The position numbers and the translations under genes were made by a program. Below the pieces are notes generated by a model. It saw only the letters and a program-made list of their open reading frames with translations, was not told where the DNA came from and did no database searches. DNA of 64,000 nucleotides from Kiritimatiellia bacterium (GTDB lineage Bacteria; Verrucomicrobiota; Kiritimatiellia; RFP12; DVOR01), in NCBI GenBank assembly GCA_017531445.1, contig JAFXKZ010000002.1:201286-265285 (forward strand), given 5' to 3'. How positions within the stretch are numbered: position 1 is the first letter of the stretch; each line of letters opens with the position of its first letter. Positions 9,514-18,612 of this stretch are shown here, piece after piece.

Positions 9514-10830
9514 ATGACACAACTTCAAGCTGCAAAGCAGGGTATCGTTACAGAAGCAATGAAATGCATCGCTGCAGAGGAGCGGTTGACTGTAGAGGAA
9601 GTACGCCTTGCGGTAGCAAAAGGTCATGCGGTAATTCCTCTAAACCCTGCACACAAAGGCGTGAAGCCGACAGGTGTTGGGCGGATCTTCAAAACAAAAA
9701 TCAATGCAAATCTTGGGCGTTCTCCTACGCGTTCTGAAATTGGAGATGAATTGACCAAACTTGAGGTGGCGTTGAATGCTGGCGCACAATTTGTAATGGA
9801 TCTTTCGGTTGGGACGGGAAAAGGAGCCGAAGAGGTACGTAAAGAATTGGGTGAAATCCGTCGGGGAATGTTAGCAAATTCTCCTGCGCCACTCGGGACT
9901 GTGCCAATTTATGAGACGATTTCACGTTTAGACGGAGATATCCCTGTGATGAAACCGGAAACGTTGCTGCAGGTGATTCGGGAGCAAGCGGAGCAGGGTG
10001 TGGATTTCATGACATTGCACGCGGGTCTTTTGCAACGACATATTCCGCTCACGCTTAAACGCAAAATGGGAATTGTTTCTCGCGGCGGAGCTATCATGGC
10101 CGAGTGGATGAAGCAGACGAATGCAGAGAATCCGTTATATACACATTGGGATGAAGTATTGGATATTTTAGCAGAGCATGATGTTACCGTTTCTTTAGGT
10201 GATGGCCTACGCCCGGGATGCTTGGCAGATGCCAGCGACGAGGCGCAATTCGCCGAACTCTCGGTATTGGGGGAGTTGGTGCAACGTTGCAGAGCACGTG
10301 GCGTACAGGTCATGGTGGAAGGACCGGGGCATGTGCCATTTGATCAAATCCAGATGAATATGGAGCGGGAACAGGAAGTATGCGATGGTGCTCCGTTTTA
10401 TGTTTTGGGGCCGGTTGTCACAGACATCGCCCCCGCATATGATCACATTGTTTCCGCCATTGGAGCAACGGCTGCAGCAACGTATGGTGCAAGCCTGCTT
10501 TGTTACGTAACACCTGCGGAGCATTTGGGTCTCCCAGATGCTGCTGAAGTGCATCAAGGCTGTGTCGCCTATTTGATAGCCGCACATGCAGGTGATGTGG
10601 CGAGAAAATTGCCGGGTGCCCGAGAGCGGGATGACCGCATGGCGGACGCACGATTTAATTTTGACTGGAATGCACAATTCGCTACAGCACTTGATCCGTG
10701 TGCCGCACGGGAACGGTGGTTGCGGACACGTGCAGAAAGTGGCGTCGCTCATAACGATGATCATTGCTCAATGTGTGGAAAAGCTTTCTGTGCTGTTCGT
10801 ACTTCACGCCGTATGCGCGAGGGGTTATAA
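9514..10830 (+). CDS. thiC: Phosphomethylpyrimidine synthase (radical SAM, short form)
   Basis: ATG 9514 with a GAGGA RBS (the tracked ORF starts at TTG 9508). Conserved through the C-terminal CSMCGKAFCAVR cluster motif. About 438 aa. Confidence 0.92.
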   Translation: MTQLQAAKQGIVTEAMKCIAAEERLTVEEVRLAVAKGHAVIPLNPAHKGVKPTGVGRIFKTKINANLGRSPTRSEIGDELTKLEVALNAGAQFVMDLSVGTGKGAEEVRKELGEIRRGMLANSPAPLGTVPIYETISRLDGDIPVMKPETLLQVIREQAEQGVDFMTLHAGLLQRHIPLTLKRKMGIVSRGGAIMAEWMKQTNAENPLYTHWDEVLDILAEHDVTVSLGDGLRPGCLADASDEAQFAELSVLGELVQRCRARGVQVMVEGPGHVPFDQIQMNMEREQEVCDGAPFYVLGPVVTDIAPAYDHIVSAIGATAAATYGASLLCYVTPAEHLGLPDAAEVHQGCVAYLIAAHAGDVARKLPGARERDDRMADARFNFDWNAQFATALDPCAARERWLRTRAESGVAHNDDHCSMCGKAFCAVRTSRRMREGL

Positions 10831-10858
10831 GGAATGTTAACATTGGCACAAGGTTTTA

Positions 10859-10867
10859 TGGTATACT
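10859..10867 (+). promoter_or_regulatory. Extended -10 promoter element TGGTATACT upstream of prfB
   Basis: TGnTATACT, 28 nt upstream of ATG 10896. The same TTATGGTATACT string occurs upstream of htpG. Confidence 0.4.
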
Positions 10868-10895
10868 GAAAGAAAGTATGCATGGAGTTTATTGA

Positions 10896-12026
10896 ATGTT
10901 CAATAGGGATGAGATTGTTACTCGTATCGCTACGCTGAAACATGGTGTAGAAGAGATGCGTAGTTATTTGAAGATTGAAGAACGCAAAGCGCGTTTGGAG
11001 CAGGCAGAATCTCGACAAGCAGAAGCGGGTTTTTGGGATAATCCGGAGGCTGCGCGGACAGTTATCGCAGAAGGGAATGCCGAAAAAGCTTTTATTTATC
11101 CCTATGATGAACTGGTTTCTGCCGTTGAAGAAGCAGAGATGGCATTAGAAATGGCTGATGCAGAGGAACCAGGCACAGAGCAAGATACGATGGCTGATGA
11201 AGCTGTAATGAGTTTGGATAGGGCTGAAAAGATTGAGGATAAATTGAGATTGCAATCGTTGCTCTGTGGGAAATTGGATGCTTGCAATGCCATTCTGACT
11301 TTACACTCTGGCGCAGGTGGAACAGAAGCCTGTGACTGGGCATCGATGCTTTATCGAATGTATCAAATGTATGCCGATGATGCCGGATTTGAAGTGGAAG
11401 TGCTTGATTTGCAGCCGGGGGATGAGGCAGGTGTAAAGAGCGTAATGTTTGTTGTAAAGGGTGCTTACGCGTACGGCTATTTGAAAGCAGAACGAGGTGT
11501 TCATCGTTTGGTGCGAATTTCTCCTTTTGATGCAGCTAAACGTCGTCATACGTCTTTCGTATCATTGGATGTGGTGGCAGAGATTTCTGATGACGTGGAT
11601 GTAGAGATTAAGGAAGAGGATTTACGCGTTGATACTTATCGTGCAGGTGGTGCTGGTGGTCAGAAGGTGAATAAAACAGACTCTGCTGTGCGCCTCACGC
11701 ATATTCCGACGGGGATTGTTGTAGCCTGTCAGGTGGAACGGTCGCAGCATCAGAATAAAGCTCGTGCAATGCAGGTGTTGAAGGCAAAATTGTATGAGTT
11801 GGAGATGGATAAAAAACGCAAGGAGATGGAGCGATTTTATGGCGACAAAGGTGAAATCGCTTGGGGAAGCCAGATTCGTTCATATGTATTTCAGCCGTAT
11901 ACTATGGTGAAAGACCATCGGACCGGATATGAAAACGCAAATGTCCAAGGAATGATGGATGGCAAGTATGTGCAAGGATTTGTTGAGGCTTACTTAAAGC
12001 AACGTGCTCAGGAAGCGCAACAATAA
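10896..12026 (+). CDS. prfB: Peptide chain release factor 2, encoded in one continuous frame
   Basis: SPF tripeptide ([15 protein letters not shown]), GGQ motif ([18 protein letters not shown]). The N-terminus [35 protein letters not shown] is in frame, with no internal TGA. Confidence 0.92.
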   Translation: MFNRDEIVTRIATLKHGVEEMRSYLKIEERKARLEQAESRQAEAGFWDNPEAARTVIAEGNAEKAFIYPYDELVSAVEEAEMALEMADAEEPGTEQDTMADEAVMSLDRAEKIEDKLRLQSLLCGKLDACNAILTLHSGAGGTEACDWASMLYRMYQMYADDAGFEVEVLDLQPGDEAGVKSVMFVVKGAYAYGYLKAERGVHRLVRISPFDAAKRRHTSFVSLDVVAEISDDVDVEIKEEDLRVDTYRAGGAGGQKVNKTDSAVRLTHIPTGIVVACQVERSQHQNKARAMQVLKAKLYELEMDKKRKEMERFYGDKGEIAWGSQIRSYVFQPYTMVKDHRTGYENANVQGMMDGKYVQGFVEAYLKQRAQEAQQ

Positions 12027-12058
12027 CTCTTAATCGTTAACACTGAAGGAGACGTTCA

Positions 12059-13399
12059 ATGGAATTCAAAGAAGCTAAAGCATTACTTGAAACTCAAGGC
12101 CAAGGCCATGTGATTGCGTTTTGGGACAAGCTTGCAAGTGACGAGCAATCCGCACTTTTGGAACAAATTGCGACATTAGATTTCGCAGCGATTGGGCGTA
12201 TGCAAGAGATTTTGAAGTCCGCAGGCTCTCCAGCTGCTTCGACCGGTGCTTTTGAGCCTGCGGCCGTGGAAGTCCCGGAAGGTGATGTCCTGAAAGCTTG
12301 TGTTGCAAAGGGAGAAGAATTATTGCGCGGGGGTAAGGTCGCGGCGTTACTTGTTGCCGGTGGTCAAGGTTCCCGTTTGGGATATGAGGGACCTAAAGGT
12401 GCTTATCCCATTGGTCCTGTGACTGATCGTTCGCTCTTTTGGTTCCATGCGCGAAAGATTTTGGGATTAAATCGTACGTATAACACGCGTGTGCCATTTT
12501 ACATTATGACATCGGATACCAATGATGAGGCAACGCGTGCGCATTTTGAAGAGAATGACTATTTTGGTTTGCCGAGAGACGATGTCTTCTTCTTTGTTCA
12601 GGGAATGTGGCCAGCACTTACGCCAGAAGGAAAGATTATCCTTGATAAGCCGGGACATATCTTTATGAGTCCAGATGGTCATGGAGGAATGCTTGCAGCA
12701 TTAGATCGTTCCGGGGCTTTGACCGATATGGAACGTCGAGGAATTGAACAGGTGTTCTTCTTCCAAGTCGACAATCCGATGGTAGCGATTGCAGATCCTT
12801 CTTTTGTGGGTATTCATGCTGCTAAGGGCGCAGATATGACGCTTAAAGTTTGTAAGAAGCGCGATGCACATGAAGGTATGGGAGTTGTCGTAGTGCGCGA
12901 CGGGCATTACGCGATGGTGGAATATTCCGAACTCTCTGATGAGCAAATGGAACGCACAAACGCGGACGGTTCGCTTTGGTTGGCTTATGGTTCGCCAGCA
13001 ATTCATATGTTTTCTTATGCCTTCTTAAAGGCCGAAGCCGAACGCGCAATGCCGCTTCATCTTGCTTTTAAGAAGATCGCCATGGTTAACGAAGCTGGAG
13101 AGGTGGTAAAGCCTGAGAAGCCGAATGGCTATAAGTTTGAAAAATTTATTTTTGACGTTATTCCTAATGCAAAGACCTTAGCATGCCTTGACTTTGATCG
13201 TGAACAAGAGTTTTCTCCGGTGAAGAATGCTGATGGTAATGATTCGCCTGCTACGACTAAGCGTGACCTGCAAAAGAAATGGCGGACATGGTTGACGGCG
13301 GCGGGTATCTCAGTCCCAGAAGACACTTTGATTGAAATTGATCCGGCCTATGCTTTGGATGCCGCACAATTAAAAGCAAAAGGTCTCCAGATTGGCTAA
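12059..13399 (+). CDS. UDP-N-acetylhexosamine/UDP-sugar pyrophosphorylase, eukaryote-type UDPGP family
   Basis: LLVAGGQGSRLGYEGPKG nucleotide-binding loop (UAP1-type AGGQGxRLG), FFFQVDNP, 446 aa. 32-nt gap after prfB with a GAAGGAG RBS. Confidence 0.8.
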   Translation: MEFKEAKALLETQGQGHVIAFWDKLASDEQSALLEQIATLDFAAIGRMQEILKSAGSPAASTGAFEPAAVEVPEGDVLKACVAKGEELLRGGKVAALLVAGGQGSRLGYEGPKGAYPIGPVTDRSLFWFHARKILGLNRTYNTRVPFYIMTSDTNDEATRAHFEENDYFGLPRDDVFFFVQGMWPALTPEGKIILDKPGHIFMSPDGHGGMLAALDRSGALTDMERRGIEQVFFFQVDNPMVAIADPSFVGIHAAKGADMTLKVCKKRDAHEGMGVVVVRDGHYAMVEYSELSDEQMERTNADGSLWLAYGSPAIHMFSYAFLKAEAERAMPLHLAFKKIAMVNEAGEVVKPEKPNGYKFEKFIFDVIPNAKTLACLDFDREQEFSPVKNADGNDSPATTKRDLQKKWRTWLTAAGISVPEDTLIEIDPAYALDAAQLKAKGLQIG

Positions 13400-13413
13400 T
13401 AATTAGCAGAATA

Positions 13414-13476
13414 CGCCACTTCTCTAAAAACACAGACCGCCCTATCGGGGCGGTCTGTGTTTTTAGAGAAGTGGCG
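13414..13476. terminator. Bidirectional terminator, 29-bp perfect hairpin between convergent genes
   Basis: CGCCACTTCTCTAAAAACACAGACCGCCC / GGGCGGTCTGTGTTTTTAGAGAAGTGGCG with a 5-nt loop. A/T runs lie inside the stem on both strands. Confidence 0.7.
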
Positions 13477-13482
13477 TTGCGT

Positions 13483-13722
13483 TTAATTCACAAGTTTATT
13501 CATTTTAATTGGAGCAAGAAGGTCTTCAACAGTGCGAAAATTTTCGCATGAAGTGTGCGAAAGCGTGATGTTAAAATGGAATCGTAAAAAAGCAAGATAG
13601 GCAAGAAGAGCCATAGAGTCCCACGTGATACCACTTGCGGTAAGCGATGTCTTTGGGGACAGTGTACCGATGGGTGCGCCGAGAATATCTGAAAGCTCAT
13701 CAAGGATTTCGGAGGTTTGCAT
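13483..13722 (-). CDS. Acyl carrier protein-like (ACP-2)
   Basis: ATG 13722 (MQTSEILDELSDILG). Phosphopantetheine-site-like GITWDSMALLAYL. 79 aa. 13-nt gap after the KAS III gene. Confidence 0.65.
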   Translation of the reverse strand: MQTSEILDELSDILGAPIGTLSPKTSLTASGITWDSMALLAYLAFLRFHFNITLSHTSCENFRTVEDLLAPIKMNKLVN

Positions 13723-13735
13723 AACAAATAATTTC

Positions 13736-14725
13736 TTATTGAGTTGGAGTTTCAAGAAGAATAGGAGCGTGACAGCTGTCAAAATTGAACGTTAACGCGG
13801 TTGATATCCACGTAAGCCCTACGCCAAAGGCGGAGAAAATGACACGTTTGTTACCTCGTATACCTTCCGAATACAGTTCACACAGAAGTAGAGGAAGACT
13901 TGCAACAGAGGTGTTCCCATACGGTGCAATGCGACAAGGCACTTTACTCTCTTGCAGGTGGCACATCCTGGCAATCTGGCGAAGAATAAATGCATTTGCC
14001 TGATGAAGTAGAAGATAGTCAAGTGATGACGGTGTGAGTTTCGCTGTTCTCATCAGTTGAAGTATTTGTTCAGGCACCTTTGTTATGGAAAAGTTAAATA
14101 CTTCTGTTCCTGACATCGTAAAAGAAGACTGGTGAGGAATTGTAATCGCGGTAGAGGACTCTATACCAGATGTCAAAAGCCATTCTGAGGAGGTGCTGTC
14201 GCGTCCAATGATGGCGGCAAACCCTGCATCTCCAAACAGCATTGCGGTTGCAGGGTCATCAGAATTGACAAGGCGAGTGAGTGTGTCCCCGCCAAGAATG
14301 AGAATATTGCGTATTGCAGGTGAAGCAAGCAGATGGGCGGCGGTTTGCATTCCTGTGAGAAATCCTGCACATCCTTGATTGATGTCCAAAGCAAGAAGAT
14401 GAGAAGGAAGGCCAAGGCGTTTTTGTAGAAGTGCCGAGGTCGCTGGAGCGATTGCGTCAGGCGTTTGAGAGATAAACAGTAAGACGTCAATCTCATCACG
14501 TGCAATCGCTCTATCATCAAAAATCAGATTGGCGGCCGCAACTGCAAGATCGGAAGTTCGCATACCTTCAGATGCAATATGGAGTTTTTCAATGCCAACA
14601 ATTTCGCGAAACCGTTCAATCTTTTCTGGCTGAAACCTATTTTGAAACTGCTCAAGTGATACGCTTTGTTTAGGGAGCGCACACGCGAGTGAACGGATCG
14701 CAATTCCTGAAAATCGATTAACCAT
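13736..14725 (-). CDS. 3-oxoacyl-ACP synthase III (FabH-like KAS III)
   Basis: Cys-His-Asn triad context: NQGCAGFLTG, LLHQANAFIL, GNTSVASLPL. 329 aa. Confidence 0.85.
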   Translation of the reverse strand: MVNRFSGIAIRSLACALPKQSVSLEQFQNRFQPEKIERFREIVGIEKLHIASEGMRTSDLAVAAANLIFDDRAIARDEIDVLLFISQTPDAIAPATSALLQKRLGLPSHLLALDINQGCAGFLTGMQTAAHLLASPAIRNILILGGDTLTRLVNSDDPATAMLFGDAGFAAIIGRDSTSSEWLLTSGIESSTAITIPHQSSFTMSGTEVFNFSITKVPEQILQLMRTAKLTPSSLDYLLLHQANAFILRQIARMCHLQESKVPCRIAPYGNTSVASLPLLLCELYSEGIRGNKRVIFSAFGVGLTWISTALTFNFDSCHAPILLETPTQ

Positions 14726-14945
14726 TGCGCTTTTCCAAAATTGAAATCATGTCGCCTATGCAGTGCATGGAAACCATCTCGTTAGAAGTGAATGCACAGC
14801 CAAAATGTTTTTCAACGGCTAACAGCAAGGAGAGATGTGCAACGGAGTCCCATCCCGGCAAGTCTGAAAAAAGTGTTGAATCTGTCCATTCCGGCATCGG
14901 CTGACGTAATACTTCACTAAAAATATGGCGTAATGGCTCATTCAT
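14718..14945 (-). CDS. Acyl carrier protein-like (ACP-1)
   Basis: ATG 14945 in an ATGA overlap with the upstream stop. LPGWDSVAHLSLLLAVE Ser-site motif. 75 aa. Confidence 0.65.
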   Translation of the reverse strand: MNEPLRHIFSEVLRQPMPEWTDSTLFSDLPGWDSVAHLSLLLAVEKHFGCAFTSNEMVSMHCIGDMISILEKRNG

Positions 14946-16408
14946 GGTAATGGAATCCCATTGGCTTGATAGATATTTCGACACATGATATTGCGGTCTG
15001 TCGGACAATACTCTCCACGGATAGGTGCGATACTTTTCAGGTGATTAAGAATCATTATTTCAACATCTCTATTGAATACCCGACAACTCATTGCCCACGT
15101 TTCAATAGTATTACCGTCAAGAATCACCGCACTGACGATACCCAAGTCGCCAAATCGATCACGGAGAGCGTAGACCCAGCCTTTTCGATTGAGCAATTCA
15201 GCAGCGGTATGACGGGTACCACGCATATTAAATCGGTTGCACCGTTGTGTCAACTGTGCTGCCCGTTCACAATTATGCTCATTGAGAGGTTCTGCAATTA
15301 ACTCTTGTTGTAAAGAACGGATGTATTCGTCTCGGGAGAGGGTTTGTGCAAATTCTGCTCTGGTTACATCTGCTTGAAATGTCTTTATGCGCAACAAATC
15401 ATCGGTTGTTATCCGTGGCGTTTCAAAGAGATGCGCTTGACTTAAGTATTCCATCCAAAGGGCTGGATCTGTTGGTAACTCTGGAACTGTCACTTGTGGC
15501 AAGGCCTCCCGGACGGCCTCCCGTTGTTCTCTGCGATCGTCAATAAAGACAATGGAATCAAGATGAATGTGAAGTTTTGCTGCAATTCGCTTCAACATTT
15601 CGGCTTTAGGATCCCAATTGATTTCATATGCCTGGAAGTCACTCAAACGGAATTCAAGGTGATAAGTATTAAATAATGATTCTACAGTTGAGTAATCATT
15701 ATGTGAAGCAATCGCAAGAAGGATTCCGCGAGAAGCCAATTGTTGCAGCCAACGGCGATAAGCACGGTGTCCGGGCGCGTCAGGATTAACGCTATCTGCG
15801 CCGCCTTCACCTGTAATTCCACCCCAAAACGTATTGTCCAAATCTGTTACGAGCACTTTATTAACGCGACCATTTAGGGCAGAAAGAAGCGAGAGTGTAT
15901 CGGTAGCGATGTGTGAAGTCGCTGTTGGCGAAAGTGCAAGCTTGGCGGTTTCCCAAAGTCGGGCATCAAACGTTTGAGCGCGACCTAAACGGCTTTGCAG
16001 TAAATCAAGATCAACAATGTAGAGGTTTTTGAATACAGTGGCTAATTGCAGCAGATCGAGATTCCACTGAAGGATGCGCTTTCTCAAACTTTGCGTGGAC
16101 GAGAGTGCCGAACTCCCAAAAGCACCATCATCGCGTGAGACCATTGTATAAACAAGAAACGTATAAGGAAGTGCAAGAATGGGGGCAAGCGGTTCCGGTT
16201 GCTTTTCTGACATCATTTCCGAGCAGTTCCAGAGGACAACTGCATCAGGATTGTAGTGCTTGAGCTCCTCTTGCACAGCGAGTGGCGATGTAAAAGGATA
16301 CTCCTGAATGTCAATTGCATCAAAATAGTTGGGGGCTTGCAATCGCAATTCGCGAACAAGCAGTTGTGAGGTGCAGTCGGAAAAGAGTGCGATACGGAAT
16401 GCTTTCAT
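14942..16408 (-). CDS. FkbH-like HAD-IIIC phosphatase/acyltransferase
   Basis: ATG 16408 (MKAFRIALFSDC) in an ATGA overlap with the upstream stop. HAD motif VLVTDLDNTFWGG. C-terminal WAMSCRVFNRDVE resembles the acyl-enzyme Cys region of FkbH-type proteins. Confidence 0.75.
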   Translation of the reverse strand: MKAFRIALFSDCTSQLLVRELRLQAPNYFDAIDIQEYPFTSPLAVQEELKHYNPDAVVLWNCSEMMSEKQPEPLAPILALPYTFLVYTMVSRDDGAFGSSALSSTQSLRKRILQWNLDLLQLATVFKNLYIVDLDLLQSRLGRAQTFDARLWETAKLALSPTATSHIATDTLSLLSALNGRVNKVLVTDLDNTFWGGITGEGGADSVNPDAPGHRAYRRWLQQLASRGILLAIASHNDYSTVESLFNTYHLEFRLSDFQAYEINWDPKAEMLKRIAAKLHIHLDSIVFIDDRREQREAVREALPQVTVPELPTDPALWMEYLSQAHLFETPRITTDDLLRIKTFQADVTRAEFAQTLSRDEYIRSLQQELIAEPLNEHNCERAAQLTQRCNRFNMRGTRHTAAELLNRKGWVYALRDRFGDLGIVSAVILDGNTIETWAMSCRVFNRDVEIMILNHLKSIAPIRGEYCPTDRNIMCRNIYQANGIPLP

Positions 16409-17553
16409 TTGTCCGGCTCCAGAAGAATGAAAGCGTAACAACTGCGCAGTGCTGCCACGGCAGAACGTGGATTACATTCTTTTTCGATGGTTTCAGCCGC
16501 ATTGATTGCGTGTTCGGCGCAGAGCATGGTTGAATTCAAGTGATGCTGTATATTTTCTGCAATTTGGTGAGAATCTGCATTGATCAGAGCTGCATTTTGA
16601 TGATTGAGTAACGTTTCATACGCAGGGCAGCGAATGACGAGCAATGCACGTCCACAAGCCATTAAATCTAAAAGCAATGGCGGAGCGACTGCGCCTTGAC
16701 ATACCGGAAGAAAAACAAGGTCTGTATTGGTAATAAGGTCGGTAAATTCAACAAAGTTTGAGGGGGTGACACGCATTTGCAAACGCCCATGACTTTTAGG
16801 AAAGCGATGCAGTAAGGTGTGATATTGGCGTTCAAGCGCGGAACTGCTCCCCCCTGAAATTGTAATTTGGATGTTTTGAGCTTGAAGAATCTTTGGCAAC
16901 GCTTCATAGAAGAGTGAAAGATCGCTTAGATCGCTTGTATAGGAAAAAGCGGTTAGCCGGAAAGGTTGTGCCGCAGGCCGCGTTCTAATCGCCGGAGGCG
17001 GAAGTGGAGAAAGCGTTGGCAAGGGGAGCGATTGGATGGAAGCAATCTTCCCATAAAGCCCAGATTCGCGCAATTGCGGCACCGAGTAAGGTAAATCCGT
17101 AATCACAAGATTGACCATCTCGCGAAACTTTTTGCTGCGCCATTTCGCCCATTTGACCAGGTCATGTCCGGAGGTGCTGCGCCACTCAAAGGTAAACTTT
17201 GTCCCGAACATCCAGGAAATCAAACCGCCAATGCGGATGGCCCTATCGGAACAGTGAACAATGTCATAACGATGTTGGAGCGAAAGGCGTATTGCAGTAA
17301 GTGCCATGGCCAGTGTCGCCCACGCGCGTCGGAATCCAAAACCATAGGGAGGCAATGACCGGATAAACGGAATGGGGGAGGTGACATAAATGTGCTCTGT
17401 CAATCCTTGCGGCCACGGGTCGCCACCGGGCAACGTCAACAGGTCGGCAGTGAATCCGGCATCGCGCAGCAAGGCCAGCATTTGAAACGTTCGTCTGGCA
17501 TGTGGAGTGTTTGCGCGGAGTGCTTGGGAATAGAGGTAGAGCACACGGGCCAT
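16405..17553 (-). CDS. GT-B fold glycosyltransferase (GT4-like)
   Basis: 382 aa. The N-terminus MARVLYLYSQAL...DAGFTADLLTL and the C-terminal half (DLVFLPV...LLDLMACGRALLV) resemble GT1/GT4 enzymes. The canonical E-x7-E motif is not clearly seen. Confidence 0.55.
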   Translation of the reverse strand: MARVLYLYSQALRANTPHARRTFQMLALLRDAGFTADLLTLPGGDPWPQGLTEHIYVTSPIPFIRSLPPYGFGFRRAWATLAMALTAIRLSLQHRYDIVHCSDRAIRIGGLISWMFGTKFTFEWRSTSGHDLVKWAKWRSKKFREMVNLVITDLPYSVPQLRESGLYGKIASIQSLPLPTLSPLPPPAIRTRPAAQPFRLTAFSYTSDLSDLSLFYEALPKILQAQNIQITISGGSSSALERQYHTLLHRFPKSHGRLQMRVTPSNFVEFTDLITNTDLVFLPVCQGAVAPPLLLDLMACGRALLVIRCPAYETLLNHQNAALINADSHQIAENIQHHLNSTMLCAEHAINAAETIEKECNPRSAVAALRSCYAFILLEPDK

Positions 17554-17568
17554 GAAGGAGCATTCCTT

Positions 17569-18468
17569 TTAGAGAAGCCGGAGGTGGGCACCTTGGCGTT
17601 GCGGGTGCATTTTTCGCACCGTCCATTTAAGATTCAAACCGGCAGTGAATGTTTCAATCTGCTTAAAGAAAGCATCATCATCGTCAATGACAACGGCAAC
17701 GATTGTAGGGCCGGCTCCTGAGATATAGACGGCAACGGCATCCGTTTGTTCCATGGCGTAGCGCATGACTTCTTCGCCTTGTGGAATGAGTTGCAGACGA
17801 TACTCCTGATGGATCCGGTCTTTACATCCGGCACGAATGAGCCGGGGGTCGGCTCGCTCCAAGCCTTCAACCAGGATTGGCACACGTGAAAGATTGTAGA
17901 TACAGTCGGTCAGCGTGTATGTTTTCGGCAAAGCTGCTCGCGCGGCCTCTGTCGGAACGCGTACATCCGGCATAATTGCGTAGAAACTGACACGGTCGCT
18001 AATCGGGTAACGATGCCAATAGACAAGCCCGTCTTCAACAATTGCCGCAACAAAACCTCCCAGAATTGCCGGAGCTACGTTATCTGGATGCCCTTCAATT
18101 TGTGTTGCTGTTCGCAAAATCTGCTCGGTATCCATTGAGAGGTTGCCAAGTGCGTTGGCAGCCATAACGCCAGCGACAATACAAGTGGAACTGGACCCGA
18201 GCCCTGAACAGACGGGAAGGTCTGTGTCAAATGTAATGCGAAGGTTGGGGGAGAGCCTTCCGTGCTGTGCGAGCACTTGGGTGAGTGTGGTATAAAGTAA
18301 ATTGTTTTCGGGTTTGCAGAATTCCGGGAGACACCCTTCAATTTGAAGTTTTTCAGGGCAATCGGTGTCAAAAGTGAAACGGTTGTACATATCAAACGCG
18401 AGTCCCATCACGTCAAACCCGGGGCCGACATTGGCACTCGTTGCAGGAACAGAGATTCTGAACTTCAT
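17569..18468 (-). CDS. thrB: Homoserine kinase
   Basis: MKFRISVPATSANVGPGFDVMGLA, GHMP motif PVCSGLGSSS. 299 aa. Confidence 0.9.
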   Translation of the reverse strand: MKFRISVPATSANVGPGFDVMGLAFDMYNRFTFDTDCPEKLQIEGCLPEFCKPENNLLYTTLTQVLAQHGRLSPNLRITFDTDLPVCSGLGSSSTCIVAGVMAANALGNLSMDTEQILRTATQIEGHPDNVAPAILGGFVAAIVEDGLVYWHRYPISDRVSFYAIMPDVRVPTEAARAALPKTYTLTDCIYNLSRVPILVEGLERADPRLIRAGCKDRIHQEYRLQLIPQGEEVMRYAMEQTDAVAVYISGAGPTIVAVVIDDDDAFFKQIETFTAGLNLKWTVRKMHPQRQGAHLRLL

Positions 18469-18495
18469 TGATCAATCCTTATAGGCTACCTGTAA

Positions 18496-18504
18496 AGTAT
18501 AGCA
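18496..18504 (-). promoter_or_regulatory. Extended -10 promoter element TGCTATACT upstream of thrB
   Basis: The minus strand reads TTTGCTATACT, 27 nt upstream of ATG 18468. Lies just downstream of the rpsA terminator. Confidence 0.45.
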
Positions 18505-18554
18505 AATCTAGAGTGAAATCTCTGCTTTTTCCTCTAAAAACGGTGGTCGAATAG

Positions 18555-18592
18555 CAAAAACAACCGCCTCCATACTGGAAGCGGTTGTTTTA
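18555..18592 (-). terminator. Rho-independent terminator after rpsA
   Basis: Minus strand: CAACCGCTTCCA-GTA-TGGAGGCGGTTG followed by TTTTT. Confidence 0.7.
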
Positions 18593-18612
18593 TTTGCGCT
18601 AAGCGTAATCGC

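Noticed and set aside
10950-10990. Programmed +1 frameshift site in prfB
   Set aside because: The equivalent codons read SYLKIE in a single frame with no in-frame TGA, so no recoding feature was called.
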